The notes beneath the pieces were generated by a model that was not told the DNA's origin, made no database searches, and saw nothing but the letters and a program-made list of their open reading frames with translations. A stretch of 64,000 bases of DNA, taken from positions 1,339 through 65,338 of the forward strand of contig JBBTYT010000001.1 of the NCBI GenBank assembly GCA_038061695.1. The letters are read 5' to 3'. Below are positions 27,340-38,539 of the stretch, one piece after another (the stretch's first letter is position 1; every line of letters starts with the position of its first letter). The position numbers were made by a program, and so were the translations under genes. The DNA is from Patescibacteria group bacterium. GTDB lineage: Bacteria; Patescibacteriota; Minisyncoccia; GWC2-36-17; M10-OD1-4.

Positions 27340-28761
27340 ATGAAAAAGATCGTCTTTTATTCTTGGCAGTCAGATTTACCTAACGGTACAAATCGTAATC
27401 TTATCGAAGGTGTTTTAAAGGATGTTGCCAAAGAAATAGGAAGTGATGAAGATACTAATATCGAGCATGTTATCGACAGGGATACTCAAGGTGTAGCCGG
27501 TGCGCCGAATATTGCAACAGCTATTTTCCAAAAAATTGATTCGGCAGATATTTTTGTCGCTGATGTATCAATAATTGGAAGTGCGAAAAAACGCGCAGTA
27601 CCTAATCCAAATGTTTTAATTGAATTAGGATATGCTCTTAAATCTTTAGGACACGAACGTATTATATTGGTTTTTAATACTGCGTTTGGAAAAATTGAAA
27701 AATTACCATTTGATCTAAGAATGCATAGAACTCTTACTTACCAATGTGCTGAGTCGGTTACAGATCGCACAGAAATAAAGAAAGGTTTAATTAGAGATTT
27801 CAGATTAGCTCTTTTAGCGGGATTTTCTCATGTAACTCCTAAAAAAGTCACAACACCTATAATTGATATCATCAAAAATAGAACGGCGAGTAAAAAAATT
27901 GACCTCAGGGCATATTTAGATGAATTATATAATGAATTGTGGAAATTACAGCCACCTATGAAAAGAGATGGCGGTACTGTACAAGATTTGTTATCTGCTC
28001 TACCAAAAACCGAAAAAATATCTGCCAAATTTGCAAAACTTTCACAGACCATCGTTTTAATGAACGATAAAGAATCATCAAGAGAAGTATTTCAATGGTT
28101 CGGTAAGTTGTTAACGAATTACGATCCAATACTAAAAGGCGATGGTAAAATATGGAACTGTGATGGAGATTTTTTTAAATTTATAGGGCATGATCTTTTT
28201 GTAAATTTTATAAATCCTTTTCTGCGAGAAGAAAAATGGGATGAAATAAAAGAACTTTTAAAAGGAATTTTATCAGTTGGGCCAACATCGTATAGCCAAA
28301 ACGATCGAAAGGAATCTTGGACAGAGTTATCCAAACATTCTCCGCTTTTAATAGATGAAGGGAAAACTAATCGCCGTGTATCTTTCCATGCCGATTTATT
28401 AAAAACCAGACACGAAAAAGGTGAATTAGCTTCCATCGTACCTTTTAAGGAATTTACTGAAACAGATTTTTTTCTCCATTTATATGGCGAAGGGATAACA
28501 CAAGATAACAAATATTACGGTAAATGGTATCCGAGAAGTGATATCTGGCTTCAGCATACTCCAAAATTTATATCTGAAGCTACTGATTATCCAACCGCCA
28601 TGAAGATATGCAATGCTCTACAAATAAGTGATGTCGAAGAATTTAAAAGACGGCTGGCACATACACAAATTAAATGGGATTGGCATTCCCCAGTTAGCGC
28701 AGCAGATATTAATAAAATTGGGAGTACTGGTGGTGCTGTTATTATTAAAATAGATGAATAA
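27340..28761 (+). CDS. TIR-like (ThsB/DUF1863-like, nucleoside 2-deoxyribosyltransferase fold) N-terminal domain fused to a roughly 300-aa C-terminal domain of unknown function; candidate anti-phage defense protein
   Basis: N-terminus KIVFYSWQSD parallels the ThsB-type RVFFSFHYQD start. ADIFVADVS and NPNVLIELGYALKSLGHERIILVFN carry the conserved Glu of the TIR/NDT superfamily. No motif recognised in residues about 170-473. Promoter-like TTGACC-N17-TACAAT at about 27195-27225. Confidence 0.5.
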   Translation: MKKIVFYSWQSDLPNGTNRNLIEGVLKDVAKEIGSDEDTNIEHVIDRDTQGVAGAPNIATAIFQKIDSADIFVADVSIIGSAKKRAVPNPNVLIELGYALKSLGHERIILVFNTAFGKIEKLPFDLRMHRTLTYQCAESVTDRTEIKKGLIRDFRLALLAGFSHVTPKKVTTPIIDIIKNRTASKKIDLRAYLDELYNELWKLQPPMKRDGGTVQDLLSALPKTEKISAKFAKLSQTIVLMNDKESSREVFQWFGKLLTNYDPILKGDGKIWNCDGDFFKFIGHDLFVNFINPFLREEKWDEIKELLKGILSVGPTSYSQNDRKESWTELSKHSPLLIDEGKTNRRVSFHADLLKTRHEKGELASIVPFKEFTETDFFLHLYGEGITQDNKYYGKWYPRSDIWLQHTPKFISEATDYPTAMKICNALQISDVEEFKRRLAHTQIKWDWHSPVSAADINKIGSTGGAVIIKIDE

Positions 28762-28930
28762 ATATGAAAAAGAAAAAATTTGATATTATAAAATTTATAA
28801 GGGAGTTTGTGTAATCACAAAGATTAACACGCGCACGGGTGGGTGGGGCAAGTGTTGTATTTATGTAGCCGACCTCTCCTCCAAAAAATCTTCGGATTGA
28901 ACCTCTTCTTATAACCTCGCAATTAAGAAA

Positions 28931-28960
28931 AACAGAAATCTTTAAATTTCTGTTTTTCTT
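28931..28960 (+). terminator. Rho-independent terminator at the distal end of the accessory region
   Basis: AACAGAAAT-CTTTAA-ATTTCTGTT perfect 9-bp stem followed by TTTCTT. Confidence 0.6.
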
Positions 28961-28994
28961 GCATTAAAGCTCTAATTATTCTAAAATATCTGGT

Positions 28995-29357
28995 ATGATA
29001 GATAAAAGAGAAATAGGTAAAATATTACTTATAACGATAACCTCTTTTTTGGTATTTCTTTCGATCTTATTTAAGGTGGATCCTAAAAATGCGGAACCAT
29101 TGGAATTTATAGCTTTTTATGTCAGTATATTCCTATCGCTTTTCGGGTTATTTTTCTTAGTCGGATTTATGGTGATGCATTTAAGCAAAAAATCTGACTC
29201 GCTGACATTTTATCAATCTGCTTTGCATGGGGGTTTACTCTCTCTTCTGCTCGTAGGTTTAATTATGCTTCAGCATTTGGGATATTTTTCATTTTTAAAT
29301 ATAATAATTTTTTCTTTAGGTGTGATATTTTTAGAATTTACTTTTTCAAAGAGATGA
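28995..29357 (+). CDS. Hypothetical polytopic membrane protein
   Basis: Three to four hydrophobic helices; stop overlaps the pheS start (ATGA). Confidence 0.45.
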   Translation: MIDKREIGKILLITITSFLVFLSILFKVDPKNAEPLEFIAFYVSIFLSLFGLFFLVGFMVMHLSKKSDSLTFYQSALHGGLLSLLLVGLIMLQHLGYFSFLNIIIFSLGVIFLEFTFSKR

Positions 29358-30385
29358 CGATTGATTTTAATGAATTAAAAAAAGAAGCGGATGGGGAGCT
29401 TAAAAAAATAGAGAGCCAAGAAAAACTTGAGCTTTTTAGGTTAAAATATTTTGGCAGAAAGGCGGGTATTTTAAATGATATTTTAAAATCTCTCAAAGAT
29501 TTATCAATTGAAGAAAAAAAAGAGGTTGGCAAGTTTGCAAATGAATTAAAAATATATCTTGAAAATGAAATAGATATAAAAAAAGAATCTCTCTTATTTG
29601 GTGATATAAAAGAGAGAGAAAAGAAAGAGAAGATTGATATTACTGTCCCGGGAAAAAAAGTTTTTAGAGGATATATTCATCCGTTGACTCATGTTATGAG
29701 AAAGGCGGTTTCAATATTTGAATCTATGGGATTTGAGGTTGTCTCCGGTCCAGAAGTTGAAACAGAGTTTTATAATTTCGATGCTTTAAATATACCAGCT
29801 TCTCATCCATCTCGCGATATGCAAGATACTTTCTGGCTTGATGTGCCAGGACTTTTAATGAGAACTCAGACATCATCTGTGCAGATAAGATTTATGAAGG
29901 AGCATAATAAACCTCCATTTAGAATAGTTTGTCCAGGAAGAGTCTTTAGAAAAGAGGCAACTGATGCTACGCATGAGATGCAATTTTATCAGATGGAATG
30001 TCTTGTTGTTGCAGAAAATATTTCTTTAGTCAATTTAAAATCAATTCTTGAATTATTTTTTAAGAAATTATTAGATAATAAGAAGATCAAGGTTAGATTT
30101 AGACCGTCTTTTTTCCCATTTGTTGAGCCTGGAGTAGAGGTGGACATCCTTTGTTTTAAATGTTCTGGAAAGGGATGTCCATTATGTAAAGAAACAGGTT
30201 GGATAGAGGTTGGTGGAGCAGGAATGGTGCATCCTAAGGTTTTAAAAGGAGTTAATATTGATATTTCAAAGTATAGAGGTTTTGCATTTGGTATGGGACT
30301 GGATAGAATAGCGATGATAAGATACGGAATTGATGATTTGCGTTTATTTTACAACACTGATATGCGATTTTTAAAACAATTTTAA
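29354..30385 (+). CDS. pheS: Phenylalanine--tRNA ligase alpha subunit
   Basis: Class II aaRS motifs (FRxE-like RVFRKEATDATHEMQFYQMEC, GxGxGxxR GFAFGMGLDRIAMIRYG); 343 aa. Confidence 0.9.
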   Translation: MTIDFNELKKEADGELKKIESQEKLELFRLKYFGRKAGILNDILKSLKDLSIEEKKEVGKFANELKIYLENEIDIKKESLLFGDIKEREKKEKIDITVPGKKVFRGYIHPLTHVMRKAVSIFESMGFEVVSGPEVETEFYNFDALNIPASHPSRDMQDTFWLDVPGLLMRTQTSSVQIRFMKEHNKPPFRIVCPGRVFRKEATDATHEMQFYQMECLVVAENISLVNLKSILELFFKKLLDNKKIKVRFRPSFFPFVEPGVEVDILCFKCSGKGCPLCKETGWIEVGGAGMVHPKVLKGVNIDISKYRGFAFGMGLDRIAMIRYGIDDLRLFYNTDMRFLKQF

Positions 30386-30400
30386 ACTTCAAATTTTAAA

Positions 30401-32464
30401 ATGAAAATTTCCTACAATTGGCTAAAAGAATATATTTCTTTAAAAGAAAAACCTGAAAAAATAGCAGATATTTTAACTATGCATGCCTTTGAAGTTGAAG
30501 ATGTAAAGAGGGTAGGTAAGGATTATATTTTTAATCTTGATATTTTACCAAACAGAGCCCATGACTGTCTTTCTCATATAGGTGTGGCGCGAGAGCTTGG
30601 CGTTCTGCTTAAAAGAAAGGTGAATTTTAAGATTCCAAAAGTTAAAGAAAATAAAAAAGAAAAGATAGAAGATTATATTTCAGTGGATGTGAATGAGAAA
30701 TATCTTTGCTCAAGATATACAGCAAGAGTTATTTTGAATTTGAAAGTTGGACCATCTCCAAAGTGGCTAAAAGAGAGAGTTGAATCACTTGATCAAAAAT
30801 CAATTAATAACGTCGTTGATGCAACAAATTATGCAATGTTTTTGATGGGACAGCCTATGCACGCTTTTGATCTTGATAAATTAAAGGAGGGCGAGATAAT
30901 AGTTGCAAAATCAAAAAAAGATGAAGTTATAGAAGTGTTGGGTGGTGATAAATATATTCTTGATGACTCTATTTTGACTATACGCGGTAAAGATGGGTTG
31001 CTTGCTATCGCTGGTATTAAGGGTGGTGTAAAAGCTGAAATAGATGCTAATACAAAAAATATTATTTTGGAGTCAGCATATTTTGAGCCGATAAATATAA
31101 GGCAAACATCAAAGAAGTTGAATTTGAGAACGGATTCATCAATGAGATTTGAAAATGAGCTTCATCAGACTATATGCAAGGATGCTCTGGAGTTTCTTGC
31201 TGGTATTATTTTGGATGTAGCTGGCGGTAGTGTTGTTTCCGGAGTTATTGATACAGGAGTTGATAAATATGAAAAAACAAAGATTATCTTTTCCATCAAA
31301 GAGATTAAGGATGTTATCGGCATTGATATATCTGAAAAGGATATTCTTGTTATATTAAAACGACTTGGATTTTTTGTTGTAAAATCAGTCAAAAAAGATA
31401 TTTTTATAGCGGATGTTCCTTTTGAAAGGCTAGATGTTTTATTAAAAGAGGATTTAGCCGAAGAGGTGGCGAGGGTTTATGGATATGAAAATATAAATTC
31501 AAGACCAATTGAGGCGGAGCTTTATCCGGCAGAGAGGAATGATGAATATTTTTATTCAGATTCTACAAAAAATATATTGGTCGGCCTTGGACTTACAGAT
31601 GTATATAATTATTCTTTTATAGGCAGAAAAGAAATAGCTTTATTTAATGATCAGTACAATGACCTAGTAAGTATCTTAAAACCTCTATCTTTGGATAAAA
31701 AGTTTTTAAGACCGACTTTGTTATTTCATCTTCTAAATAATATTTATGAAAATTTAAAGCATCAAAAACATATTAGGCTTTTTGAGATAGGGAAAGTATT
31801 TTCTTATTCAAAATCAAATGGTCTTTTAGAGAAAAATATGCTTGCCGGTGTTTTGGCTTATAAGACAAAGAGACAAGATGGTGCTGAGGTTTTCTATGAG
31901 CTTAAGGGAATTTTGGAGATATTTTTTGAAAAGCTCGGTATAGCTGATATATCTATAGATGCTTTAAAAAATGATAGTAGCTATTCACATTCTGCTTTTT
32001 GGCATTCTGGCAGGATAGCAGAGGTGAGTATTGGCAACATTGTTGTCGGAGTTGTTGGCGAGATAAGCCACTCTATTTTAAATAAGATGAATATAGATAC
32101 GAGAGTCTCTGCTTTTGATCTTGATTTTTCAAAGATTATAAAGATGGTGGATGAAAAATATGAGTATAAAGCTATAAGCAAGTTTCCGGCTACGACAAGA
32201 GATATAGCCATCTTAACGGAGAGCGATGCAAGAATAGGAGATGTTCAAGATTTGATAGAGAGGGTTGGCGGGTCATTACTCGTTGATGTAGATCTTTTTG
32301 ATATATACGATGATAATAATACAAATGCTTTATTTGGGAAAAGTCTGGCATTTCATCTTATCTTTCAATCTCAAGAAAAGACTCTGCTTGATAAGGATGT
32401 TGATAGTATTATGGAGAGAATAGTAAAATCTTTAAAAGATAGCGGTTGGGATGTTAGACAGTAA
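30401..32464 (+). CDS. pheT: Phenylalanine--tRNA ligase beta subunit (short form, no N-terminal tRNA-binding domain)
   Basis: Starts MKISYNWLKEYI (B3/B4 region); B5 and FDX-ACB-like C-terminus; 687 aa immediately after pheS. Confidence 0.85.
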   Translation: MKISYNWLKEYISLKEKPEKIADILTMHAFEVEDVKRVGKDYIFNLDILPNRAHDCLSHIGVARELGVLLKRKVNFKIPKVKENKKEKIEDYISVDVNEKYLCSRYTARVILNLKVGPSPKWLKERVESLDQKSINNVVDATNYAMFLMGQPMHAFDLDKLKEGEIIVAKSKKDEVIEVLGGDKYILDDSILTIRGKDGLLAIAGIKGGVKAEIDANTKNIILESAYFEPINIRQTSKKLNLRTDSSMRFENELHQTICKDALEFLAGIILDVAGGSVVSGVIDTGVDKYEKTKIIFSIKEIKDVIGIDISEKDILVILKRLGFFVVKSVKKDIFIADVPFERLDVLLKEDLAEEVARVYGYENINSRPIEAELYPAERNDEYFYSDSTKNILVGLGLTDVYNYSFIGRKEIALFNDQYNDLVSILKPLSLDKKFLRPTLLFHLLNNIYENLKHQKHIRLFEIGKVFSYSKSNGLLEKNMLAGVLAYKTKRQDGAEVFYELKGILEIFFEKLGIADISIDALKNDSSYSHSAFWHSGRIAEVSIGNIVVGVVGEISHSILNKMNIDTRVSAFDLDFSKIIKMVDEKYEYKAISKFPATTRDIAILTESDARIGDVQDLIERVGGSLLVDVDLFDIYDDNNTNALFGKSLAFHLIFQSQEKTLLDKDVDSIMERIVKSLKDSGWDVRQ

Positions 32465-32496
32465 GAGCAGTGTCAGGCACTATTTAATTTTTATAA

Positions 32497-34566
<2,070 letters not shown>

Positions 34567-34625
34567 ATTTTCATATTTGGCGCATTAGTATAAAAGTTTT
34601 AATTATTTTTTTTATAACAAGTAAT

Positions 34626-35249
34626 ATGCAAAAACAAAAAATATTTTTAATAGTAGCTCTGTTTTTATTTGTTCCTCTATTTTTTGCGTTCGCTGCCATA
34701 GTAAATCCTTTAGGAACCGTAGATACTATACCAGAGATAATATGTTTAGGAGTCTCTTTTTTATCAACTAAATTGATGCCACCATTAGCGGTTTTGTTTA
34801 TTTTTTGGGCTGGATTTTTATATCTTACAGCTGCTGGAAATTCTGAGAATATAAAAAAAGCAAATAACACTCTGGTTGCGGTAGTTATCGGTATTGCTGT
34901 TCTTCTCTTAGCACCAGCCCTAGTGGCTCTAACAGTCCAAATATCAGGCGGACCATCATCGGGCGCGCCTGTTGGCGCTACGACAGCCGTTACAAGTATA
35001 TGTAAGGTTGTCACCTCAACTTCAAATATAACAAATGCTCTTGTGAATCTAATAAATTGGTTTGCTTGGTTTGTGTCCCTAACTTCAGTCGCAATGGGGC
35101 TTTATGCTGGATTTTTATTTATGACATCCGGGGGAGATCCAAAAAAGAGAGAAGAAGCTACAAAGACATTTGTATTTACTTTGATAGGTGTTGCGGTAGC
35201 GATTTTAGCCTTCTCTATCATATCAATAGCCGAAGTTTTTATAAAATAA
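34626..35249 (+). CDS. Tandem TrbC/VirB2-like pilin protein (two VirB2-like hydrophobic hairpin units in one polypeptide)
   Basis: Signal peptide, then two units each with a TM hairpin and a charged loop (…FWAGFLYLTAAGNSENIKKANNTLVAVVIGIAVLLL… and …MGLYAGFLFMTSGGDPKKREEATKTFVFTLIGVAVAIL…). Minus ORF 34571-35014 is antisense. A bidirectional hairpin terminator lies at 35285-35309. Confidence 0.5.
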   Translation: MQKQKIFLIVALFLFVPLFFAFAAIVNPLGTVDTIPEIICLGVSFLSTKLMPPLAVLFIFWAGFLYLTAAGNSENIKKANNTLVAVVIGIAVLLLAPALVALTVQISGGPSSGAPVGATTAVTSICKVVTSTSNITNALVNLINWFAWFVSLTSVAMGLYAGFLFMTSGGDPKKREEATKTFVFTLIGVAVAILAFSIISIAEVFIK

Positions 35250-35321
35250 TCTCAAGTTTTAAAAGTTAATAAATTTTAAAAAAATCCGCACATTGCATGC
35301 GGAGTTTTTAATGTTCAATTT

Positions 35322-36038
35322 TTATATTACCAATCGACGCTGTAAGTAGCCTTTTATTTTCTGAGTACAGTGCATTACTATTTGAGATATCCTTGATTCA
35401 GTTACCCCATATATGCACCCGATGTCCTTATTTGTAAGGCCAATTTTAAAATGAAATAAGTATATATTTTTTTCATCAGCTGTAAGAGATGAGGTAATAG
35501 CTTTTTTAAGCCATCGCATATTCTCTTCTTTTTCACTTTGTATTTCCGGACTTATATTATAAATTAAATTACTATGGAAAATATTAATCTCGTCGTTATC
35601 TTCTTCAGGCGACTCTAGCTTTTCAAGTGGAATAAATCTCAATGATTGAGTTTTAAAAAGAATCATAGCAAGTTTTGCTATTGAGAGATTCATTACTACA
35701 GCAATCTCACTAAGTTTAGCTTTTCTTTGAAGAATTATTTCAATATCATTTATAGCATCTCTTGCAGTGCGACGTTTTCTAATAAGACCTTTTGATTCTA
35801 TCCCTGATCTTATTAGTCCGTCTTTCACGGCGCCTCGTATTTTTATTGTCGCATAGGTTGTAAATGAAGCTCTGCGAGATGCGTCATATTTTTCAAAGGC
35901 CTTCATGAGTCCGATAAGTCCATCCTGCACCATATCTTTAACATCAATATTTGCTGGAATGCCTTTTTTTATGTTGAAGACTATCTTTTTCACGAGTGCT
36001 AAGTGTTTTGCCACATCTTTATCAGATATCTTTTTCAT
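35322..36038 (-). CDS. RNA polymerase sigma-70 family sigma factor (group 3/FliA-like size)
   Basis: Region 2 DGLIGLMKAFEKYDASRRASFTTYATIKIRGAV; region 4 HTH GVTESRISQI; 238 aa. Confidence 0.75.
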   Translation of the reverse strand: MKKISDKDVAKHLALVKKIVFNIKKGIPANIDVKDMVQDGLIGLMKAFEKYDASRRASFTTYATIKIRGAVKDGLIRSGIESKGLIRKRRTARDAINDIEIILQRKAKLSEIAVVMNLSIAKLAMILFKTQSLRFIPLEKLESPEEDNDEINIFHSNLIYNISPEIQSEKEENMRWLKKAITSSLTADEKNIYLFHFKIGLTNKDIGCIYGVTESRISQIVMHCTQKIKGYLQRRLVI

Positions 36039-36191
36039 GAGATATTTCCTCCATAGGTATGTAATTTACTTGTAAGGAGCTGTAATAATATTAACAATTT
36101 TTGTTAGAAGTTGTCAATTATTTTTAAAAATGTATTTTATAAAAAAATAACCGCCTACTCATTAAGAGTTCGGCGGTTTTATTTTTAATAT

Positions 36192-37403
36192 CTATTTTTT
36201 AAGAAGTAATTTATTACGAATCTTAGAAAAAATACATAAGATATCTCCAAGTGGAATATCTTTCCAGTACTCATCAACGATTATACTTTTACCAAGCTCA
36301 ACTAAATCAAATTGAGAAAAATATGGTGTCTCAGCAGGATTAATCTGCATAGGCCATCTAATTTCATCATTTGAAGCTACGAGACGCATATCATTTCTCT
36401 CTTTACTTGTTAGAGAGCCGTTATCGTGAGCTACCAAAAGTCGACGATGCATAATTTCCTCTGATGGATGATCTTTGATGTAGCCGATTCGAGCCACTGT
36501 TCCCATTGGCATATGTACTGTGATATTTTTTGGTATCAGAGCAGGGCTCCACTTGCGTAAGTGTTGAAGCATTAAAGATAAAGAATTTTGATATTCTTTA
36601 CGGGTTGCGTAATGAATCATATCTGGTCCAGAAATATCATACCGATGAGTTTCGCCTGTCTTCCAATAATATACTAACATATTTGAAAGTATAGATATTG
36701 GTCCGTTATAACAAACACCGCCATGAGTAATTATTGGTTCATCAGAAAAGAGTAAGTTATCAAGCTCACTTAAAAGATTAATAAATGAGCTTGCAAGATG
36801 CTTGCTATTAATAATTAAAGTCCTTTCCTCTTCTTCTTTCGGCATAAGAGAGAAATCCGGATGAAACTCTGCAGAATTATTACTGCTTTTGAGCGGTACC
36901 ATGATACCTTTATCAGAAATATATCTTGTAAACACTTTTTCTGGACATGTATGAGCAAGATACTCAAACATTTCACTGATTTTTTCTTTCTCGGAAAGTA
37001 AAAGTCGTGAACAAGATGATAATGTCGGAGAGAAAGATTGTTGCATAGCTTGAACATGAATACGACCCAACTTTTGACCAAGATGTTCAGACATATCTGA
37101 TTTCAAGTATGCTGTAACATATCTATGTTCGGAAGTGGCGGTAGAGTCAATGCTCTTAATGGTCTCTTCACTCAAAAGCGGAATAGACTCGCCATTAACA
37201 AGTTTGTGTTTTGGCCAGTTATTTTTATCCGCTTTTGCGCAAGTTATATCCCATAGATTTTCCTGAATACCACAAGACCAGAGGGAACTCTTATATAAAG
37301 AAGCATTCCCTGGGTGACTCGTTAGAGTAACAGGTATGCCAGATGCTTGAAGGCTTAAAAGATCATTGATTGATAAATCACGGTTAGGCATAATCTTAAT
37401 CAT
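36192..37403 (-). CDS. Hypothetical protein
   Basis: Start set at MIKIMPNRDL with a GGAG SD (the track ORF extends to 37475). Hairpin terminator AACCGCC...GGCGGTT at about 36150-36180 downstream. Minus ORF 36815-37081 is in another frame and rejected. Confidence 0.45.
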   Translation of the reverse strand: MIKIMPNRDLSINDLLSLQASGIPVTLTSHPGNASLYKSSLWSCGIQENLWDITCAKADKNNWPKHKLVNGESIPLLSEETIKSIDSTATSEHRYVTAYLKSDMSEHLGQKLGRIHVQAMQQSFSPTLSSCSRLLLSEKEKISEMFEYLAHTCPEKVFTRYISDKGIMVPLKSSNNSAEFHPDFSLMPKEEEERTLIINSKHLASSFINLLSELDNLLFSDEPIITHGGVCYNGPISILSNMLVYYWKTGETHRYDISGPDMIHYATRKEYQNSLSLMLQHLRKWSPALIPKNITVHMPMGTVARIGYIKDHPSEEIMHRRLLVAHDNGSLTSKERNDMRLVASNDEIRWPMQINPAETPYFSQFDLVELGKSIIVDEYWKDIPLGDILCIFSKIRNKLLLKK

Positions 37404-37651
37404 GATGATTCTCCGTATGAATAGATAAAAAGAACAAAAATAGACCCTTCTTTCAGGGTCTATTTTTATCTTCATTTTTTGTATCTGTAACTTAGATTAG
37501 ATATCTCTTGAAATAAAAGCAAAAATAGGCCCTGAAAAAAGGGTCCAATAATGCATAAACATATTATTTTGTAATTTTTGCAATGACATAATTTAACTAT
37601 ATATAGAAAAAAGTAACTTGTCAAATGATTTTTTTTAAATTATTATAGATA

Positions 37652-37807
37652 GACCTACCACTCAATAACTTTCGTAGCGAAGCTTTTAAATAACGAGCGA
37701 GACGAAGCAAAAAAATAGAGTAATAATGGTTTTATTATGATATTTTTTTGTAAAGTCGTAGCCGTTATTTGAAAATTGTAGTAGAAAGGTTATTGAGTGG
37801 TAGGTCT
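37652..37807. repeat. Long inverted repeat (23-bp perfect core within about 45-bp imperfect arms, about 110-bp spacer) immediately upstream of the M15 peptidase gene
   Basis: AGACCTACCACTCAATAACTTTC at 37652-37674 and GAAAGGTTATTGAGTGGTAGGTCT at 37784-37807. The arms extend imperfectly (CGTTATTTAAAAGCTTCGCTACG / CGTAGCCGTTATTTGAAAA). Confidence 0.8.
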
Positions 37808-37812
37808 AAAAT

Positions 37813-38400
37813 ATGGAACAAATAATATTAGATAGTCAGTTGCCAAAAGAGGAGATATTAAAGCAGAATCCAAATATGCCTGCTCCGTTAGATGTTATAG
37901 ATAATTTAGAGATCATAACTCTTATTTATTATGGATTTGATTCTATTCTGCATCAAGGTCAGATGGTAATGCATAAAAAAGCAGTTAATGACTTAAAAGC
38001 ATTTTTTCAGTTAGCTTTCAAAATAAAATTTCCCATTGAGAAAGTGATACCGATAGCATATAAAAAGTATAAATGGAATGATGATCTATCATGTAATGAT
38101 AATAACTCGTCAGGTTATAATTTTCGTTTTATAGCAGGAACAAATAGAATGTCAAAACATGCGCTTGGTCTTGCGTTTGATATAAATCCGGCGCAAAATC
38201 CGTATATTAGATATAACGAAAAGAAAGAAGAAGTATTTAGAGCCCCAAGTTTTGCTTTATATGATAAGCAAAATCTTGGTACATTATACAAAGATCATCC
38301 GCTAGTTGTACTGCTAAAATCACACGGATGGGAATGGGGTGGAGATTGGGATATAGAAGGCGGAAGAATTGACTATCAGCATTTTGAGTTTTGTTTATAG
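37813..38400 (+). CDS. Peptidase M15 family (VanY / L-alanyl-D-glutamate peptidase-like) cell-wall hydrolase
   Basis: SKHALGLAFDINP (H-x6-D zinc ligands) and DYQHFE (D-x-x-H); GWEWGGDW. Confidence 0.65.
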   Translation: MEQIILDSQLPKEEILKQNPNMPAPLDVIDNLEIITLIYYGFDSILHQGQMVMHKKAVNDLKAFFQLAFKIKFPIEKVIPIAYKKYKWNDDLSCNDNNSSGYNFRFIAGTNRMSKHALGLAFDINPAQNPYIRYNEKKEEVFRAPSFALYDKQNLGTLYKDHPLVVLLKSHGWEWGGDWDIEGGRIDYQHFEFCL

Positions 38401-38539
38401 ATAATTTTATTAAAAATCCCCCCCTACTATGAAGAAAGATAATGTTATCCACTTTTATTATCTTGCTAAATTTTCGTTTAAGGATTATAATATAAAAAGT
38501 ATAGTAAAAATTTATTAAATTAATTTGATTTATTAATTT

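Noticed and set aside
34571-35014. 147-aa minus-strand ORF overlapping the VirB2-like gene
   Set aside because: The plus-strand reading has a signal peptide plus two clean TM hairpins and a downstream terminator. The minus-strand product is the mirror hydrophobic artifact.
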